DNA of 64,000 nt from Octopus bimaculoides (GCF_001194135.2 NC_068986.1:21286891-21350890); one strand, 5' to 3'; positions 37,401 through 49,330 are shown, counted from the stretch's first letter. A program made the numbers and translations. Notes: generated by a model not told the origin, from the sequence alone.

Positions 37401-40400
37401 ACAAATCCAATAAATAATCAAAAAACAAAGCTGTGCTAACATACCTCTCGGTATTTTGTGATCTCTTCTTCATAGTCCCGTTTGTAACGCCGAAGACGTT
37501 GACGAAGAGTGGTCAACCCTCGAGCATTGTTTTTGCTCATCTGCTTTCTTCCCTCTTTATCTTCCCAACACTGTAAAAAACAGAAAACATATTTTATTAC
37601 TTCAAGCAAACCCTTTAGCATTCATATTACTCTGTCAAACGTAATGCTTAATTATTCCTTTTGTTTTGAATTAATCGTGTTATTATCTTGTAGTTTTGAG
37701 ATTTTGATGGTGCAAAATAGATTACTGCATCAATCGTTTATTCTTAGAATGATATTTTAGGGTGGGTGTGAGAGGCCAGATCTGGCCAGTTTGAACATAA
37801 AACAGGTGGGCTGGATATGGCCAGTTTAAATGATAATGGGTTAAAGCAAAAAATACATACTGAAGATTTTCTGGTTCAATTTTCACTATGGACATGTGAT
37901 TAGAACAACACAGAAAAGAATAGCAAAATGGACTCTCTTCAAGCCAAGCCAACTAGGAATAGACCACGGAGGAGATGGTTGGGTAATATCCAGTCTCAGT
38001 TGGTTTCATTTGGGAATCCAGCCAGAAAGTACAATGACAGTTGTTTCTCATAGGACCCAATAGTGGTGAGGTACCCAGGATTTTACCCCGCCAGAAAAGT
38101 GGCCTAAGATGGATGCATGGATAGATGGAATTTTCGTAACATGTGTAAACATTCTGGTAAGGAGAAACACCTCAAAAATTTCCTTCTCCCAGGGTTTCAG
38201 TCACATTAACACTTCCATTCCCAATCTGCCTCAAACGACCTGTAATTACATATTCCTCACATTTAACCCATTACCTCCCATAATTCTATTAACTGAAATT
38301 TTTTTTTGAAACTTTGATTTCTAGCATAAAACAGCCTTAGAAACACACTGGAATGATCAAAATAACATTTTAAATAGAAATAAGTGAGGTATTGGGTGAA
38401 AAATTAGCAAACCTCATTTAAATATCAGAGAAATATACCTAGTAGATATAGCAAAAAGGTTAGATATGTGTAAATATTGACAGATAATTACGAAATTTGA
38501 TCTCATATGAGATCACTGGTAGGTAATGGGTTAAATGAGTAATGCAGAATAGAAAAGAGAATTTTTTGCTTTCTCTAATTGTTGAAATTTACCAAAAGCC
38601 ATATTTCAGCATCTAATTATTAAAATTCAAACATCTATAATGATTTTTGTAACGTTTGAAATAATGACTTGTAAAACTCTCCTAAGATTTCAGAATAAAA
38701 GCTAGCTAACAGTCAAAAACAAATTTTAAAATAATATATCCTTTAGAGCAGTGGTTCTCAACCAGGGTCTAGATGGCCCTTGGTGGGGATCATATAAGAT
38801 TTTGTTTAAATTTATGTGCAATGAATTGCTTTTACTTCTACCATACACAAAATATTTTAATTTTTTTTATATAATTCCCCACAAAAATAGAATCATAAAA
38901 ATACAGTAGGAATTTTTTTAATATATATACATTGAATAGTTATGAGGGGCCAGAAGAGTAAAAATAGGAATGAAAGGGGGTTTACAGGCAAAAAAATGGT
39001 CCAGAACCACAGCTTTAAAAACAGATCATTGTATAAAAAAGATTCAAAGCAAAAAAGAACATACCTCATTAACAAAATCCTCTAATTCTACAAGGCATCG
39101 GAGGTAAAATCTTGGCATTCCCTCAATGTCAACAATTTTTTTAGCTTTTTCAAAAGCTTTTGTAAGAGCTTCAAAATCTAAAAGAAAAAAAATAAACATT
39201 TTAATGCATTAAAAATATTTCTTTTTATCAAATAATACAAGATAAATGTCTAAGTACACCAACAAACAAGACACACAGAGTTGTGAATGTTAGGTCTTTT
39301 CTCCAATGAATAATATACTTAAAGAACATAAAATTAGGGATTAACCCTTTTGTTACCAACCCGGCTGAAACTGGCTCTGGTTCTGAGTACAAATGTCTTG
39401 TCATAAGTTTTGAATTATAATCTTCCACCAAACATTAGTCACAATTTATGTTCCTAACACTAGCTGAATGATAACTAAGTTATTTTACTAAATTCTTTGT
39501 CATATTTAAAGTAATTGAAAGAAACACAGAGCATCTCAAAATATATACAATAACGAAAGGGTTAATTATTGCAGAGTAAAAGCTAAATGACAATTTAGCT
39601 AGAGACAATTTGGAGAAGGAAGACATGGAAGTGGCAGTGATGCTGTTACACCCATTACCAAGGGCTTTAGTCTCACTTATATATCAACCCATAACCTTAC
39701 TTGATGCCTATTTTATCAATCTCATAGACTAAAATTAAGTCACTCTTAAAATGAAAGGATAAAACAACTCCAGTCAGAACTAAAACTGCAAGGTATTTTT
39801 GTACAATGCACCAATTTATATTCATCCCACACTAATATACACACACACACTCTTATCTTTAGGTCCTGAGTTCAAATGCTACTGGGGTCAACTTTGCTTT
39901 TCATTCTTTCAGGGTCTTAAGTACCAATCAAACACTGGGGTCGATGTGATCAACTATCTCCCTCCCCTCAAAATTTCAAACCTTGTGCCCATAGTAGAAA
40001 GGATTATGATTATTATTAAAAAATAATACATACCCGTCAATACATTAGACATATCTTTGATTTTTTTATGATTTCTTAATTGACGAATAACATTTTGCAT
40101 CTCTTCAAACCTAGTAAAACAAAAGAACAAAGAAAAACATGAATAAAACAATGAATCACTCCAAGTTCAAATCACATTGGGATGATTCGGGGGTTTTCAT
40201 TTCGTCGGAATCAGTAAAATCAAGGACCGGTGAAGTATTTATATACTTAATAATCATCATGAATAATACTGACCAGATTCACAAAATCTCAGCAACTCCT
40301 TTCCCAAGATTTCTTACAACAGTCAATTTTAAAAATTTTTATCCATTAATTTACTTTCTGTCTACATCTATTTATCAAGTAGAATAATCTTGTTTCAATT

Positions 40401-42724
40401 CATTAAAAGTTTTTATGATTATTATTGTTGTAAGCCCAATAATTATAAGAAAAAAACAAAATATATCAAATACTTATAATTTCAGTGTCAAAGAAACAAA
40501 ATTTCCTTACACATTAACTCATTTTATTCTCTTCACAAAGTCTTAAATTTAATAAAAACTTGAACTGAAGCTACTTTAAAACTTGATCATAAAATCTAAA
40601 CTAAAAATAATTTTATGTTTGAAAAATAAATCAAATATTAAATGTCTATTGCAAATCGTTTTTTACTTTAAATAAGTGATTAACAATATGAATAAAATAA
40701 GATTACAAATAATTGGAATTACAAAATTGTTTGTTTCATGATGAAAAATACAAAAATTCAGTAGCAGAGAAAATGGTGTTTTAATTCAACTATGACATTA
40801 ATTAAAATAAAAATTTAATTTCAATCAGTTACTTAACTCCCTTCATAACTTTATCAGTGATCCCCAACTGGTTTAGTTAGTGACACGAAGAAAAAAACTG
40901 CACCCAGAATAATCCAAACAAAAGGAAAAGGGGTAAAGATTCTAGGTTTCAGAAATTTTACACACTAAAACACTAAACGCAATACTAACTACTGTATTTG
41001 ATGGTATAAAAGATCCATGGGCATTTTAGACTCATCAGGATTTCAGCAACACACATTCAGGAAAAACAAAAGTTTGTAGTGCATTAAAACATGTAATATA
41101 GACATAACTTCGTGTATAGGACCCAGGATGTATTTTTTGGGACATTGTTTTGAAAAGAAAAGTGCACCTTATACACCATTGAATATGGTATATTTTATGA
41201 TTGGAAATAAAAAATCTATTTACAGTGCAGTTACGTCTAATAAACAATTACAAATAGTGAAATTTTATAAGCAAATTAAGGGTTTCAATACAAACTGTAA
41301 TTAAAGGTTATCAATCTCAGCAAGAAATTTAGATTTAAACTAATGAAACCACTAAAAAGTTGCAAGTAAAAATGTGTCTCAAGAGTAAAATCTAAGAAAA
41401 TAAACATAACAACCTTAGTAATTGGATGATTATAAGTAAAACTCACCTCTTATCCTTTGCACTGCGGACCACTCTTTTAATATCTTCTTCCTCTTCACTG
41501 AAGTGGTAGGTCCTAGAAACAAAAGTGAAATAAATATATCATTTTCATGCGAAAAAAAAAACACTGAATACATTAAGTAAAGATGAAGATGAAAAGATTA
41601 AGTTGAAAAGGAAAAAAAACTTCCAAGAAATTAATACTGGTCCTTTTGATGAATAAAACAGCAGTAAACACTGCAAAGTAGTTGATGTTAAGAAGGGCAT
41701 CCAGATGATGAAACCCTGCTAGAGCTGACACTGGAGCTCAATGCAGCCCTGCAGTTTGCCAGATTGTCAAACCATGCAGCATGGAAAACATGTTAAATAA
41801 TGGTGATAATGATGATGAACAAAATGATTTTCCACATGAGTCATCTAAATGATGGAGTTACTTTTGATTATTTAACTTTTGGCTTCAAATTTTGGTGCAA
41901 GGCTGGCAATTTCAGGAGGAAGGAATAAATGGATTAAATCGACCCTGGTGTTCAAATGATACTTATTTTGTTGATCCTGGAAGGTGAATGGCAAAGCTGG
42001 CCTTGACGGAATTTGAACTGAGGGTGCTGGTACCACATAAAAAGCACCTGTGCCAGTGCTGCATAGCAGCACACAGTGCACTCTGTAAAGTGGTTGGCAT
42101 TAGGAAGGGCATCCAGCCATAGAAACCATGCCAAAATAGACATGGTGCCTGAGTAGCTCTTCAGTTCATATATACTCCCATCACACACACACACATTCAC
42201 AACAGGCTTCCATGGTTTGTTTCTAAAAGTTTCTGACCCACACAAGACTGAGGTAGAAGACTTGCCTAAGGCACTACACAGTGGAAATCAAACCCAGGAC
42301 CAACACAGATTTAAACAAGAATTCTTAACCATACCATTATATATCTGTGTCCAGATGCATACAATAATTGATATATTTGAAACAGGCAGTGAGTGAAGAC
42401 AATCTTCAGTAAATAAAAACACTAGAGGTTGAGATGCAAAAAAATAAGACTGCATCAGGCAAAGTACAGAGATGACTGTTACAGTGGATGATGCATACTG
42501 AGGAGAAATTGTTAGCAGTGGAAGGTTACCACAGCTGAGGTACACAGAATAACCAGCATAAAAAATACTGGTCTTTACCAAGATCTTTACCAAAAGATCT
42601 TTGTCTTTTACAATAATGACTAATGAAAATAAAATACTTACTTTGTAACCTGACGTTGAGGTATGACCTCCTCTTCACTGCTCTCACTATCGGTCTCATT
42701 TTCTATCTTGTAAAACTTCGACAT
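14989..42724 (-). CDS. EIF3C: Eukaryotic translation initiation factor 3 subunit C, spliced gene (21 coding exons, 2697 nt, 898 aa)
   Basis: Exons join in frame through GT-AG junctions. Translation contains recognised eIF3c motifs: [114 protein letters not shown]. Confidence 0.98.
15604..15774 (-). CDS. EIF3C: eIF3c coding exon 20, Trp/Arg/Asp/Asn-rich tail ([56 protein letters not shown])
   Basis: 171 nt, tag acceptor, GTGAGT donor, phase matches both neighbours. Confidence 0.85.
17035..17194 (-). CDS. EIF3C: eIF3c coding exon 19 ([31 protein letters not shown]...[17 protein letters not shown])
   Basis: 160 nt, tag acceptor, GTTAGT donor, conserved. Confidence 0.95.
18240..18720 (-). mobile_element. 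CR1/L2-clade LINE 3' end
   Basis: [15 protein letters not shown]-terminal motif; the 3' UTR is shared with copies at 15835-16040 (-) and 60400-60600 (+), which end in (ATT)n. Confidence 0.7.
18350..18432 (+). repeat. 18-bp minisatellite (AAAGAGGAAAAGAGAAAT) x4.6
   Basis: Exact tandem copies read directly, inside the CR1 3' UTR. Confidence 0.95.
19059..19262 (-). CDS. EIF3C: eIF3c coding exon 18 ([12 protein letters not shown]...[14 protein letters not shown]...[10 protein letters not shown]), PCI domain
   Basis: 204 nt, GT-AG, conserved PCI winged helix. Confidence 0.98.
20180..20373 (-). CDS. EIF3C: eIF3c coding exon 17 ([14 protein letters not shown]...GPPESMREH...INEKMNGK)
   Basis: 194 nt, GT-AG, conserved. 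Confidence 0.98.
20655..20868 (+). mobile_element. About 210-bp SINE (GGCGAGCTGGCAGAA family)
   Basis: GAGTTCAAATTCC B-box-like motif. Copies at 4877-5095, 17864-18080, 25696-25906, 25931-26141, 27325-27530, 34148-34395, 47410-47765, 63310-63523 and 63535-63748. Confidence 0.85.
21521..21674 (-). CDS. EIF3C: eIF3c coding exon 16 ([15 protein letters not shown]...[24 protein letters not shown])
   Basis: 154 nt, GT-AG, conserved. Confidence 0.98.
23206..23331 (-). CDS. EIF3C: eIF3c coding exon 15 ([18 protein letters not shown]...GRAKELLAQ)
   Basis: 126 nt, GT-AG, conserved. Confidence 0.97.
24069..24712. mobile_element. 644-bp non-autonomous DNA transposon with 28-bp perfect TIRs and internal (CCCTAA)n
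   Basis: TIR GGATCTATTTCAAAACGGGGGCACCAGT at both ends; flanks AAAAAGTT and CAAAAGTT (7/8 match, TSD). Confidence 0.88.
26181..26387 (-). CDS. EIF3C: eIF3c coding exon 14 ([33 protein letters not shown]...HSDIPTQ)
   Basis: 207 nt, GT-AG, conserved. Confidence 0.96.
26583..26678 (-). CDS. Candidate in-frame cassette exon of eIF3c ([32 protein letters not shown])
   Basis: 96 nt, open in phase 0-0, ccatag acceptor and GTAAAT donor, more GC-rich than its flanks; weak pyrimidine tract and no recognisable homology. Confidence 0.4.
27056..27182 (-). CDS. EIF3C: eIF3c coding exon 13 ([19 protein letters not shown]...[13 protein letters not shown])
   Basis: 127 nt, GT-AG, conserved. Confidence 0.96.
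28263..28375 (-). CDS. EIF3C: eIF3c coding exon 12 ([37 protein letters not shown])
   Basis: 113 nt, GT-AG, strongly conserved. Confidence 0.97.
28580..28676 (-). CDS. EIF3C: eIF3c coding exon 11 ([32 protein letters not shown])
   Basis: 97 nt, GT-AG, phase-consistent. Confidence 0.92.
29297..29559 (-). CDS. EIF3C: eIF3c coding exon 10 ([31 protein letters not shown]...MKPEMWQ)
   Basis: 263 nt, GT-AG, conserved motif. Confidence 0.97.
29749..30131 (-). mobile_element. Full-length tRNA-derived SINE with (CAA)n tail and TSD
   Basis: Head GGAGGCGCAGTGGCCCAGTGG...GTTTCGATTCC; TSD AATGCAAAAAATA and AATGCATAAAATA (12/13 match); close copies at 8178-8459 (-) and 12192-12482 (+). Confidence 0.9.
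30230..30600 (-). mobile_element. Highly degenerate CR1/L2-like LINE fragment
   Basis: Minus-strand FYYHYNGL motif resembles the post-RT region of CR1/L2-group elements. Confidence 0.45.
31214..31337 (-). CDS. EIF3C: eIF3c coding exon 9 ([15 protein letters not shown]...[14 protein letters not shown])
   Basis: 124 nt, GT-AG, conserved GEWEKVKGG. Confidence 0.94.
31473..31908 (-). mobile_element. tRNA-derived SINE with central microsatellite
   Basis: Head GGCACAGGTGTGGCTGTGTGGT...GGATCAGTCCC. Fragments at 4397-4745, 5744-5892, 10000-10212, 13645-13775, 33993-34145, 53419-53637, 54935-55135 and 63783-63945. Confidence 0.85.
32255..32545 (+). mobile_element. RLE-type (HERO-like) non-LTR retrotransposon C-terminal endonuclease fragment
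   Basis: [10 protein letters not shown], then after a frameshift EKYDSL...[16 protein letters not shown]...[11 protein letters not shown]. Confidence 0.72.
32733..33169. mobile_element. hAT-type MITE
   Basis: TIRs CAGTGTTTCTCAACC and GGTTGAGAAACGCTG; perfect 8-bp TSD CCTTAGAG. Confidence 0.9.
33614..33723 (-). CDS. EIF3C: eIF3c coding exon 8 ([36 protein letters not shown])
   Basis: 110 nt, GT-AG, acidic DEW...FLKK segment. Confidence 0.92.
35954..36030 (-). CDS. EIF3C: eIF3c coding exon 7 ([25 protein letters not shown])
   Basis: 77 nt, tag acceptor, GTAGG donor; bridges phase 1 to phase 0. Confidence 0.8.
36167..36226 (+). pseudogene. 3'-truncated tRNA-Glu(TTC) pseudogene in an eIF3c intron (antisense to the gene)
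   Basis: TCCCATGCGGTCTAGTGGTTAGGATT CCTGG CT TTC AC CCAGG CTGC CAGGG TTCAAGTC. D arm and anticodon arm are intact; the 3' half of the T stem and the 3' acceptor strand are missing. Confidence 0.85.
36930..37128. mobile_element. piggyBac-type MITE (CCCTTTAGCAT family)
   Basis: TTAA|CCCTTTAGCAT ... ATGCTAAAGGC|TTAA; related copies at about 19400-19566, 23516-23703, 31930-32032, 36750-36900 and 37612-37843. Confidence 0.8.
37203..37269 (-). CDS. EIF3C: eIF3c coding exon 6 ([22 protein letters not shown])
   Basis: 67 nt, GT-AG, acidic tract following the conserved ENP. Confidence 0.92.
37445..37570 (-). CDS. EIF3C: eIF3c coding exon 5 ([29 protein letters not shown]...KYRE)
   Basis: 126 nt, GT-AG, conserved motif. 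Confidence 0.96.
38267..38530. mobile_element. piggyBac-type MITE
   Basis: TTAA|CCCATTACCTCCC ... GGTAGGTAATGGG|TTAA. Confidence 0.85.
38749..39012. mobile_element. hAT-type MITE (same family as 57604)
   Basis: CAGTGGTTCTCAACC to AGAACCACAG; TSD CTTTAGAG and CTTTAAAA (6/8 match). Confidence 0.75.
39065..39177 (-). CDS. EIF3C: eIF3c coding exon 4 ([13 protein letters not shown]...[16 protein letters not shown])
   Basis: 113 nt, GT-AG, phase-consistent. Confidence 0.95.
39345..39561. mobile_element. piggyBac-type MITE
   Basis: TTAA|CCCTTT ... AAAGGG|TTAA; related copies at 34983-35184 and 36548-36737. Confidence 0.82.
40034..40110 (-). CDS. EIF3C: eIF3c coding exon 3 ([25 protein letters not shown])
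   Basis: 77 nt, GT-AG, phase-consistent. Confidence 0.95.
41447..41512 (-). CDS. EIF3C: eIF3c coding exon 2 ([20 protein letters not shown])
   Basis: tag acceptor, GTGAGT donor, 66 nt, phase-consistent. Confidence 0.95.
42642..42724 (-). CDS. EIF3C: eIF3c coding exon 1 ([27 protein letters not shown])
   Basis: cag|AAAATG acceptor, GTAAGT donor, 83 nt, acidic Ser-rich N-terminus typical of eIF3c. Confidence 0.9.
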
Positions 42725-45700
42725 TTTCTGAAAAATAATAATATATTAAATTACTCTTTTTATGTACTTGTTATTTAAGATGTGCTTGCAGTAGAGTTAA
42801 CCTGACAGGTTTATATTGCATTTGCACAACCCATAACCTAAATCAATGAATTGAAACAAAAGGAAACATTATATAAAATGTTGATGATCAGTTCTGTTGC
42901 CTGCTAACAAAATAATACCAATCGAAAAGTAGATTCAATTAACCTTTTTAATACCAACCTATCTGGGTCCACCCCTGATTCTACAATATAAATCTCTTTT
43001 AAAAGTAATATCACTTAAAACCTTCCATCAAAATTTCGAGTTAATTTTGTGCTTCAAATACTAACTTAATAACGAAAAAATTATTTTAGTAAATTGTTAA
43101 ATATTTTCAGAACTAATTGAAATATAGGCAGTGTTATTTCAACAGCATAGAGAAAAATTTCCAGAAACCATTAACTTAAATGATGGTTATCATTAATTTA
43201 TTTAGTGCTGATGGCATTTGCTGAAACTTCCACTGCCTGAAGATTTCTGATCCACATTTTAATCAAATCAAACACCATTAAGAATTTTTGCAAATTTCTC
43301 TTTAGCCAAGAAAATTTCTTTCTACAAATATTTTCATATAAGTGCAAATCAACTTTTCTTTAATCTATATTATTGGCATAATGACGTTCCCAAGATACAA
43401 CAAAGTCTTATCTGTAAACTTTCTTGAAAAAAAAAATTGTTAGCCATATAAATTCTAGAAATTGAGGGCTCAGTTTTCATTACTTTTTTGAGCTTTATGC
43501 TTGCAAATTATACCTCATATTTTGACTGTGGTTAATAATTTAGAGCCTGGATGACTGATGCATAGCATACAGACTATGCAAGTCTTCTAGCAAACAGTTC
43601 TAAAATTGCATTGTGAAAATTATTACAGACTGATACACAAGCAAGGCAAGTGTGACTTTCATGCCATAATTCAAGACTGGTTTAACATTAAACATTTGAC
43701 CTAGAGATTTGGCATTAGGAAAGGCATCCAGCCATAGAAAACACTACCTGTGTTTTGATTTCAAGTTAGGTCAATTCCTATGTATTTTCCCAGATTAAGA
43801 AAATGCTTCCATTATTAACTAAACTGAAAATGACATTTTCAGTTCAATTGATTAGTTTGTTGAAGTATAAGTATTTAACTGTTTATTAATTTACAGAAAT
43901 ACAAGAAATTGTGAAAGAAACTGCCAGGAATTAAAGATATCTTCAAAGAGATTAAGGAGAAGAAATCCATTTTGACAAGAAAGGATCATGAAAATGATTA
44001 ATATTTTGCTCCACAAAACATCTGTAGGTTAATGATTTCATATTTTAGCACAAAGCCTGTAATTTTAGAGAAGGGTGTAAGTCCATTCCACTGACTCCAA
44101 ACGACACCAAGAAGTCAACTTGAATGGAATTTGAAGCTAGAATGTAAACAACCAGAAGAAATGCTGCTAAGCACTTTGTCTGGTGTGCTAAGAATTTTAA
44201 CAGCTCTTCACTTTCTTTTAGATTAATAATTAAAAAATATTAACACACACACACACACACACAAAGAAAAGAAACCAATTATCTTAGCACACAACTCAGA
44301 CTAAATTGATTTCTTCTAAGTAAATGGTCATTTGTGTAGGTGATGATGGGCACAATCATCAATAAATAATCCACTTTGGAATTTTATTGTCTTCTTGAAA
44401 CTGAGTTGGTTTGCTACTAACTTTTAAACCTAGAAAGTCTGCACTAGTGAGCAACAAAGCAGTAATTAAGGCAATCAATTCATAAATTTGGAAGACTTCC
44501 AATGTATTTCTCGTGTTAACTATTTTCAAGATATTTATTTTGTAAGTTCCTAAAATTAAAACGAAATGCCCAACAGAATACGAAACTCATGATTAATGAG
44601 CTAAACAAAAAATTAAAAAGGTGCAAATAATCTGCGTCGCCAAAAAATATATTACCTAATCGAAACATTAACAATTATTCCAAGTCGTAAACTCCATCAG
44701 TGAACCTCTATAAATATGTCTAACATTTTTCCCAGAAGTACCTTTTTTTTTAATATATCGCTACTACATTTTAGTCATTTTAAAGAAAAGAACGGCTGGC
44801 TCCAGTTTAGCTGTCAATTATACGAAAGTATATCCCAGCTGTTTGTCGGAGTCGAATCAATCGTTACAGGTTAATTCTAAAGAAATTTGCAAACCTTTCT
44901 TCTTTTGTCTTTGCTCACTTGGCATTTAAATGACCAGCCTGTGTATTTTAATTAGAGAAAAAAGAAACAGCTCCATGTATACGAGAGAAATAGCGGTATA
45001 GTAATGGAATCGTAAGGATGCTACACTAGCCAGGATCTATCGTGCCATACTTCGATTGTGGCACGCCTTGGTTTGATTAAACTGGCTTTAAATAAGTACC
45101 AACTGAATGTCCAGTGCAACAGCTATAACCTACGAAAACTTGTATGGGAGGATTACATATAAAAAAAAACACATGGATACATCAGTAATCGTTAACATCC
45201 AAAAAGCGATGCCTCAGAAACTCCAAGACATCAATCAATCGTTTTAAATGATGATATACGAACTAGATCCAACCATCTGTTTCCCCTTGGAATCTAACCT
45301 TTCAATACTGAACACAAATGTTTTCATCAGAAGGTCTTTGAAGATAATTTGACAATTTGCAATATATTAGTGAGTAACAAATATATTAAAATAAAAGGTT
45401 TCTACAGTAGCTATAACATAGTTATCACTGATTTATCGTACGTAACAATTTGTAACGGGTACCTTTGTGGGAATAAAATTGCAGATTTAACAGCTGTTTA
45501 AGGAGTCACTATAAATGAAATGTGGGTATAGGTAGACTATAATGTAAATTGACTTATTTATATTTTTAGATTATCCTTTTTGGTGATCTTTTCAACTCAG
45601 ACTCGAAGCAAATTGCTATTTAAATAAGTTATCAAATTTAATAGTTCAGAAATTCCATATGGCAAATCGAAGACCAAGTTGAGTATTATTTCTGCATTGA

Positions 45701-46211
45701 TATCGTAATAAAAACGTCATTGGCTTAATAAACTAAAAAAGGGTTTCCATCTATAAACATTTGGTTTGGTTATTACCTATTCCCCAAAACTTTCCAGGAC
45801 GGATCAGAGAAATTTTAATTGATGATGGATGTCTCAAATTACGTAGGAGTGAGGCAAAATGATAAAAATATATAATATCGACAGGCCAAACTTACAATTA
45901 AGAACTAGATAGCATAAATGTTATTTCAATATAGACATCCAAATTATTTCTAATAGTGAATCTTTGGAAAATGTCTGTAGAATAAAGCAACAAGAAAACT
46001 CATGACACATGAAGAAGCAGTTTTCCATTGGCAGCCATTTGTTAAGCAGCGTGGAGACATTCTACACGTGAATTTTAGGTTTTTGCCTTTAAAAGGATAG
46101 AGTAAAAATTGTATCATACAAATATTAATTTGAAATGGAAATGAAGTAATCATGCAAAGAGAATAATAGGTGTGAACAGGCCAATTAACGTACTAAACAG
46201 GTAAAACTTAC

Positions 46212-46275
46212 CGCGAAGTTTTACTGAATACGCCAAAATGCGGGTAGTAGTCACCAAAAACGGACCGGATGTGAA
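46212..46275 (-). promoter_or_regulatory. Probable eIF3c core promoter and non-coding exon 1
   Basis: Consensus donor GTAAGT on the minus strand at 46206-46211; CpG-containing patch with ETS-like CCGGATGTG at 46265-46273. The first coding exon has an acceptor only 3 nt before its ATG, so an upstream UTR exon is required. Confidence 0.6.
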
Positions 46276-48974
46276 GTTATTTTGTTATCAAATTTAAATT
46301 AGCAAATGTGTTTTGAGAAAGCTATCTAAATTCAGAAATATTTTGAACTTATATGAAAATTGAAATACAATAATTAAATAAATGATATGTTTATTAAAGA
46401 ATACTTTATAACATTTCCCATCATGCATTTCGGTTAGCCGGGAAAACGTGACTCGAAATGCCGGTATTCTTAAGGCTTTTGTAGGTAATAAGTGCTTGGT
46501 GGGATTCAGTTATGTCAATACGGCTGTAGTATTTATAGTATATACAAGTCAAGTGTTTTCTTTTTGCTTTTATGCAGCTTCTGACAGCTATTCAAGTGAC
46601 TCAAATAAAGTAGTTTTGTTTGGGAATGGACTTTGAATTAATCACCGGCGTGGCATCTCTGATATGAGCATTCGAGCCAATGCAATAGATAGTTTCGTAT
46701 GGCTTAAAGTAGAGACACATTGAATACAGTATGCTTTAAAATAGTATGAGATTATAGCTGGAACATCTGATCAGACTTAAACGTCTAAGTACATTAGATG
46801 GCCTCCTAGTTTAGAAAGGTGCATAATACTATTATATTGGCGGTCCTTGAGTTCTACATTCAAGGATCGCCATATATTTATTTTCAAAGTCAAGCATTAG
46901 GTATTAAAGGGAAAACCTACAAATATTGACACCTGTCGCATTGAAAAAGGATTGTTTAACTAGAGACATTAGCATTTAAAAAAATTATTTCAAGCTGCTA
47001 AAGACTGTTCCTAACTAAATGAATGATACACAAACATTTAATTCAAAGAGAAAACTTTTTAACTGATAATTTTATTTCTTGTCATTTCGTTTTGATTCCC
47101 GAATGAAAACTTTTCACTAAAATTTCCGCGTTAGCCCTTGAAAGTAAAAGCAACATAGTTTCCTACCATAGTTTCTTTTTCTTACTTTTTTTCAGAAAAA
47201 AGTATAAAGAATTCGTGTATTATTTTAAGAGTGGGATAGCGTGCTAGAATAAAGCCATGAGTCATGTCCCTTTACATTCTTTGTCTAAATCCCGCTCGAG
47301 TCAAAATTATTCAATATCCATTTACCCATTCTGTCACAGATTTAAATAATTTAATTTCAAAACCAGTAATGTGAATGACAAAAGGCAAAGACCAGATTAG
47401 TTTTAGTATGGTTTCAAATTTTGGTACAAAGCCAGCAATTTTAAGGGGAGGGGTTAGTCGATTACATCGACCTTATTTTATCGATCTCAAAAGGATGAAA
47501 GACAAAGTTGCCGCTAAGCATTTTGTCTGAAACGCCAACAATTATGTAACTCGCCGTCTTCCAGATGTGATTAATAGAAGGCGGCAAGCTAGCAGAATCG
47601 TTACATGCTGAGCAAAATGCTTAGCGGTATTTCGTCCGTCTTTATGTTCTGAGTTCAAATTCCGACGAGGGTAAATAATATAAGGACCGGTTGAGCACTG
47701 GCGTCGATGTAATCGAGATTACCCCTGTCCCGAAATTGCTGGCCTTGTGCAAAAATCTGGAATCAATATGATACACAAAAAGCTGAAGGAAAGCCAATGG
47801 TATGGATTTAGGTAATTTGGACAAATTGTAATCTACTAAATGACGTATGTCGAAAATTACAACGAACTAAAATTTTCCGTTTAGTTGCAGACAGAAAGCG
47901 AAAAACTAGCAGCAATGCTAGTAACACTAAAAAATATGAAGATAATTTCAAGAAAATAATTTGATTTCATAAAATTCTTAATTTTCATACTCAATGGCAA
48001 ATCTAATCTGGCCAGCCACTTTAGCACATGTTTCGTTCTAGTTAGTCGTCATCGGCGAAGCATTGTCTTCTCAACCTTTCTTTAATCAGTGGACAGGATT
48101 TTACAAATGAGGAAAGAATTCTGTCACGTATAATTGGTATCAAAAAAGGAGCTATGGGAAATAATCTTGAGGGTGCTGAAATTACAAATAAGTGTGAATT
48201 TTGTTTTGGTTTGTTTTCTCTCTCGCTAGGTTATACAAACTGATTAACCCTTAACTAACTTGAAATAAGAAAACGAATCGGCAACTTCAGTATGAACAGT
48301 GACGAACATACACATTGTATGTATGTATTCATCTGATGGTTGCTCTTTGTCAGAGTATAGACTTTGTGTAATCTTCCAGTAACACTGAGGACTGAGCTAA
48401 CAAAAGTCTAGTAGTCCTGTTATGAACATCTATGGTGATAAGTCGAAGAGAAACGAGAAAAACCACGACCACTCCTTCTTCAAGATTCCAACCGTGGAAA
48501 TAGCAGATGTAGATAACAAAAATAGTTGGTATAAATAACGTATGGAACCACATCTCTTCTATATTCCCCCCTACAGTCCGTAATAGAAGGATCCATTGGA
48601 TGATATGTTTCTTGGTTGACTTTGCATAGGAAAGGATGGGCTATTCATAGATGGATGCCTTTAATCATAAGTATGCTCGATCACAGATGAACTGTGGCCA
48701 ACTATCAACTATAAAAGCAATGAAACGCAAAAGAAAACGCACTATATCTAAGCAGATATATTATCTTCAAAAGGCACTTTTCTGGAACATAATAGACACG
48801 TTGATTAGTAAATACTAGATCTATTCATTAAGGCATGACTACAGAAGTACGTCTTAGAAAAGCATACTTTAAATTTTCCAGAGATACATTATAGAGAGGA
48901 TAGATTACGATTAAGGTGACTAAGCTCCCAAGGCGAAAGCAATGGATGGGGACCTATTTTCTATTTTCCGTTCA

Positions 48975-49330
48975 GCCTCAGACTGGGAAACGCAAGTGGA
49001 CCTGAGGGGCAGAGCAGTCTTCCTAGGGGAGACAGGGGTAATATTATGCTGGTCAGACATGTTCCAGCTCTCCAGTAATACAAAAAGAATAACTGTGGTG
49101 GAACCTACAGTGCCCTGGAAGGATAGACTCGATATTCCCCACCAAAGAAATCGAAATATCATCACGCAGTCGACGAGAACCTTGTCAAGGGTTGGCATGC
49201 GGCCTCATTCTTCATTGAGGTCGGCTGCTTTCCGTCTAGGTCAATGCGCTATATCCAGCAGAAGATAGGTTTGGAACCCAGACAACTGAAAAAAAAAATC
49301 AAGGAAATAGGCACTGCAATTGAAACTAGC
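48975..49330 (+). mobile_element. RLE-type (HERO-like) non-LTR retrotransposon endonuclease fragment
   Basis: DWETQVDLRG...KRITVVEPTVPWKDR, then after a frameshift KSKY...KGW...FIEVGC...IETS. Confidence 0.78.
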
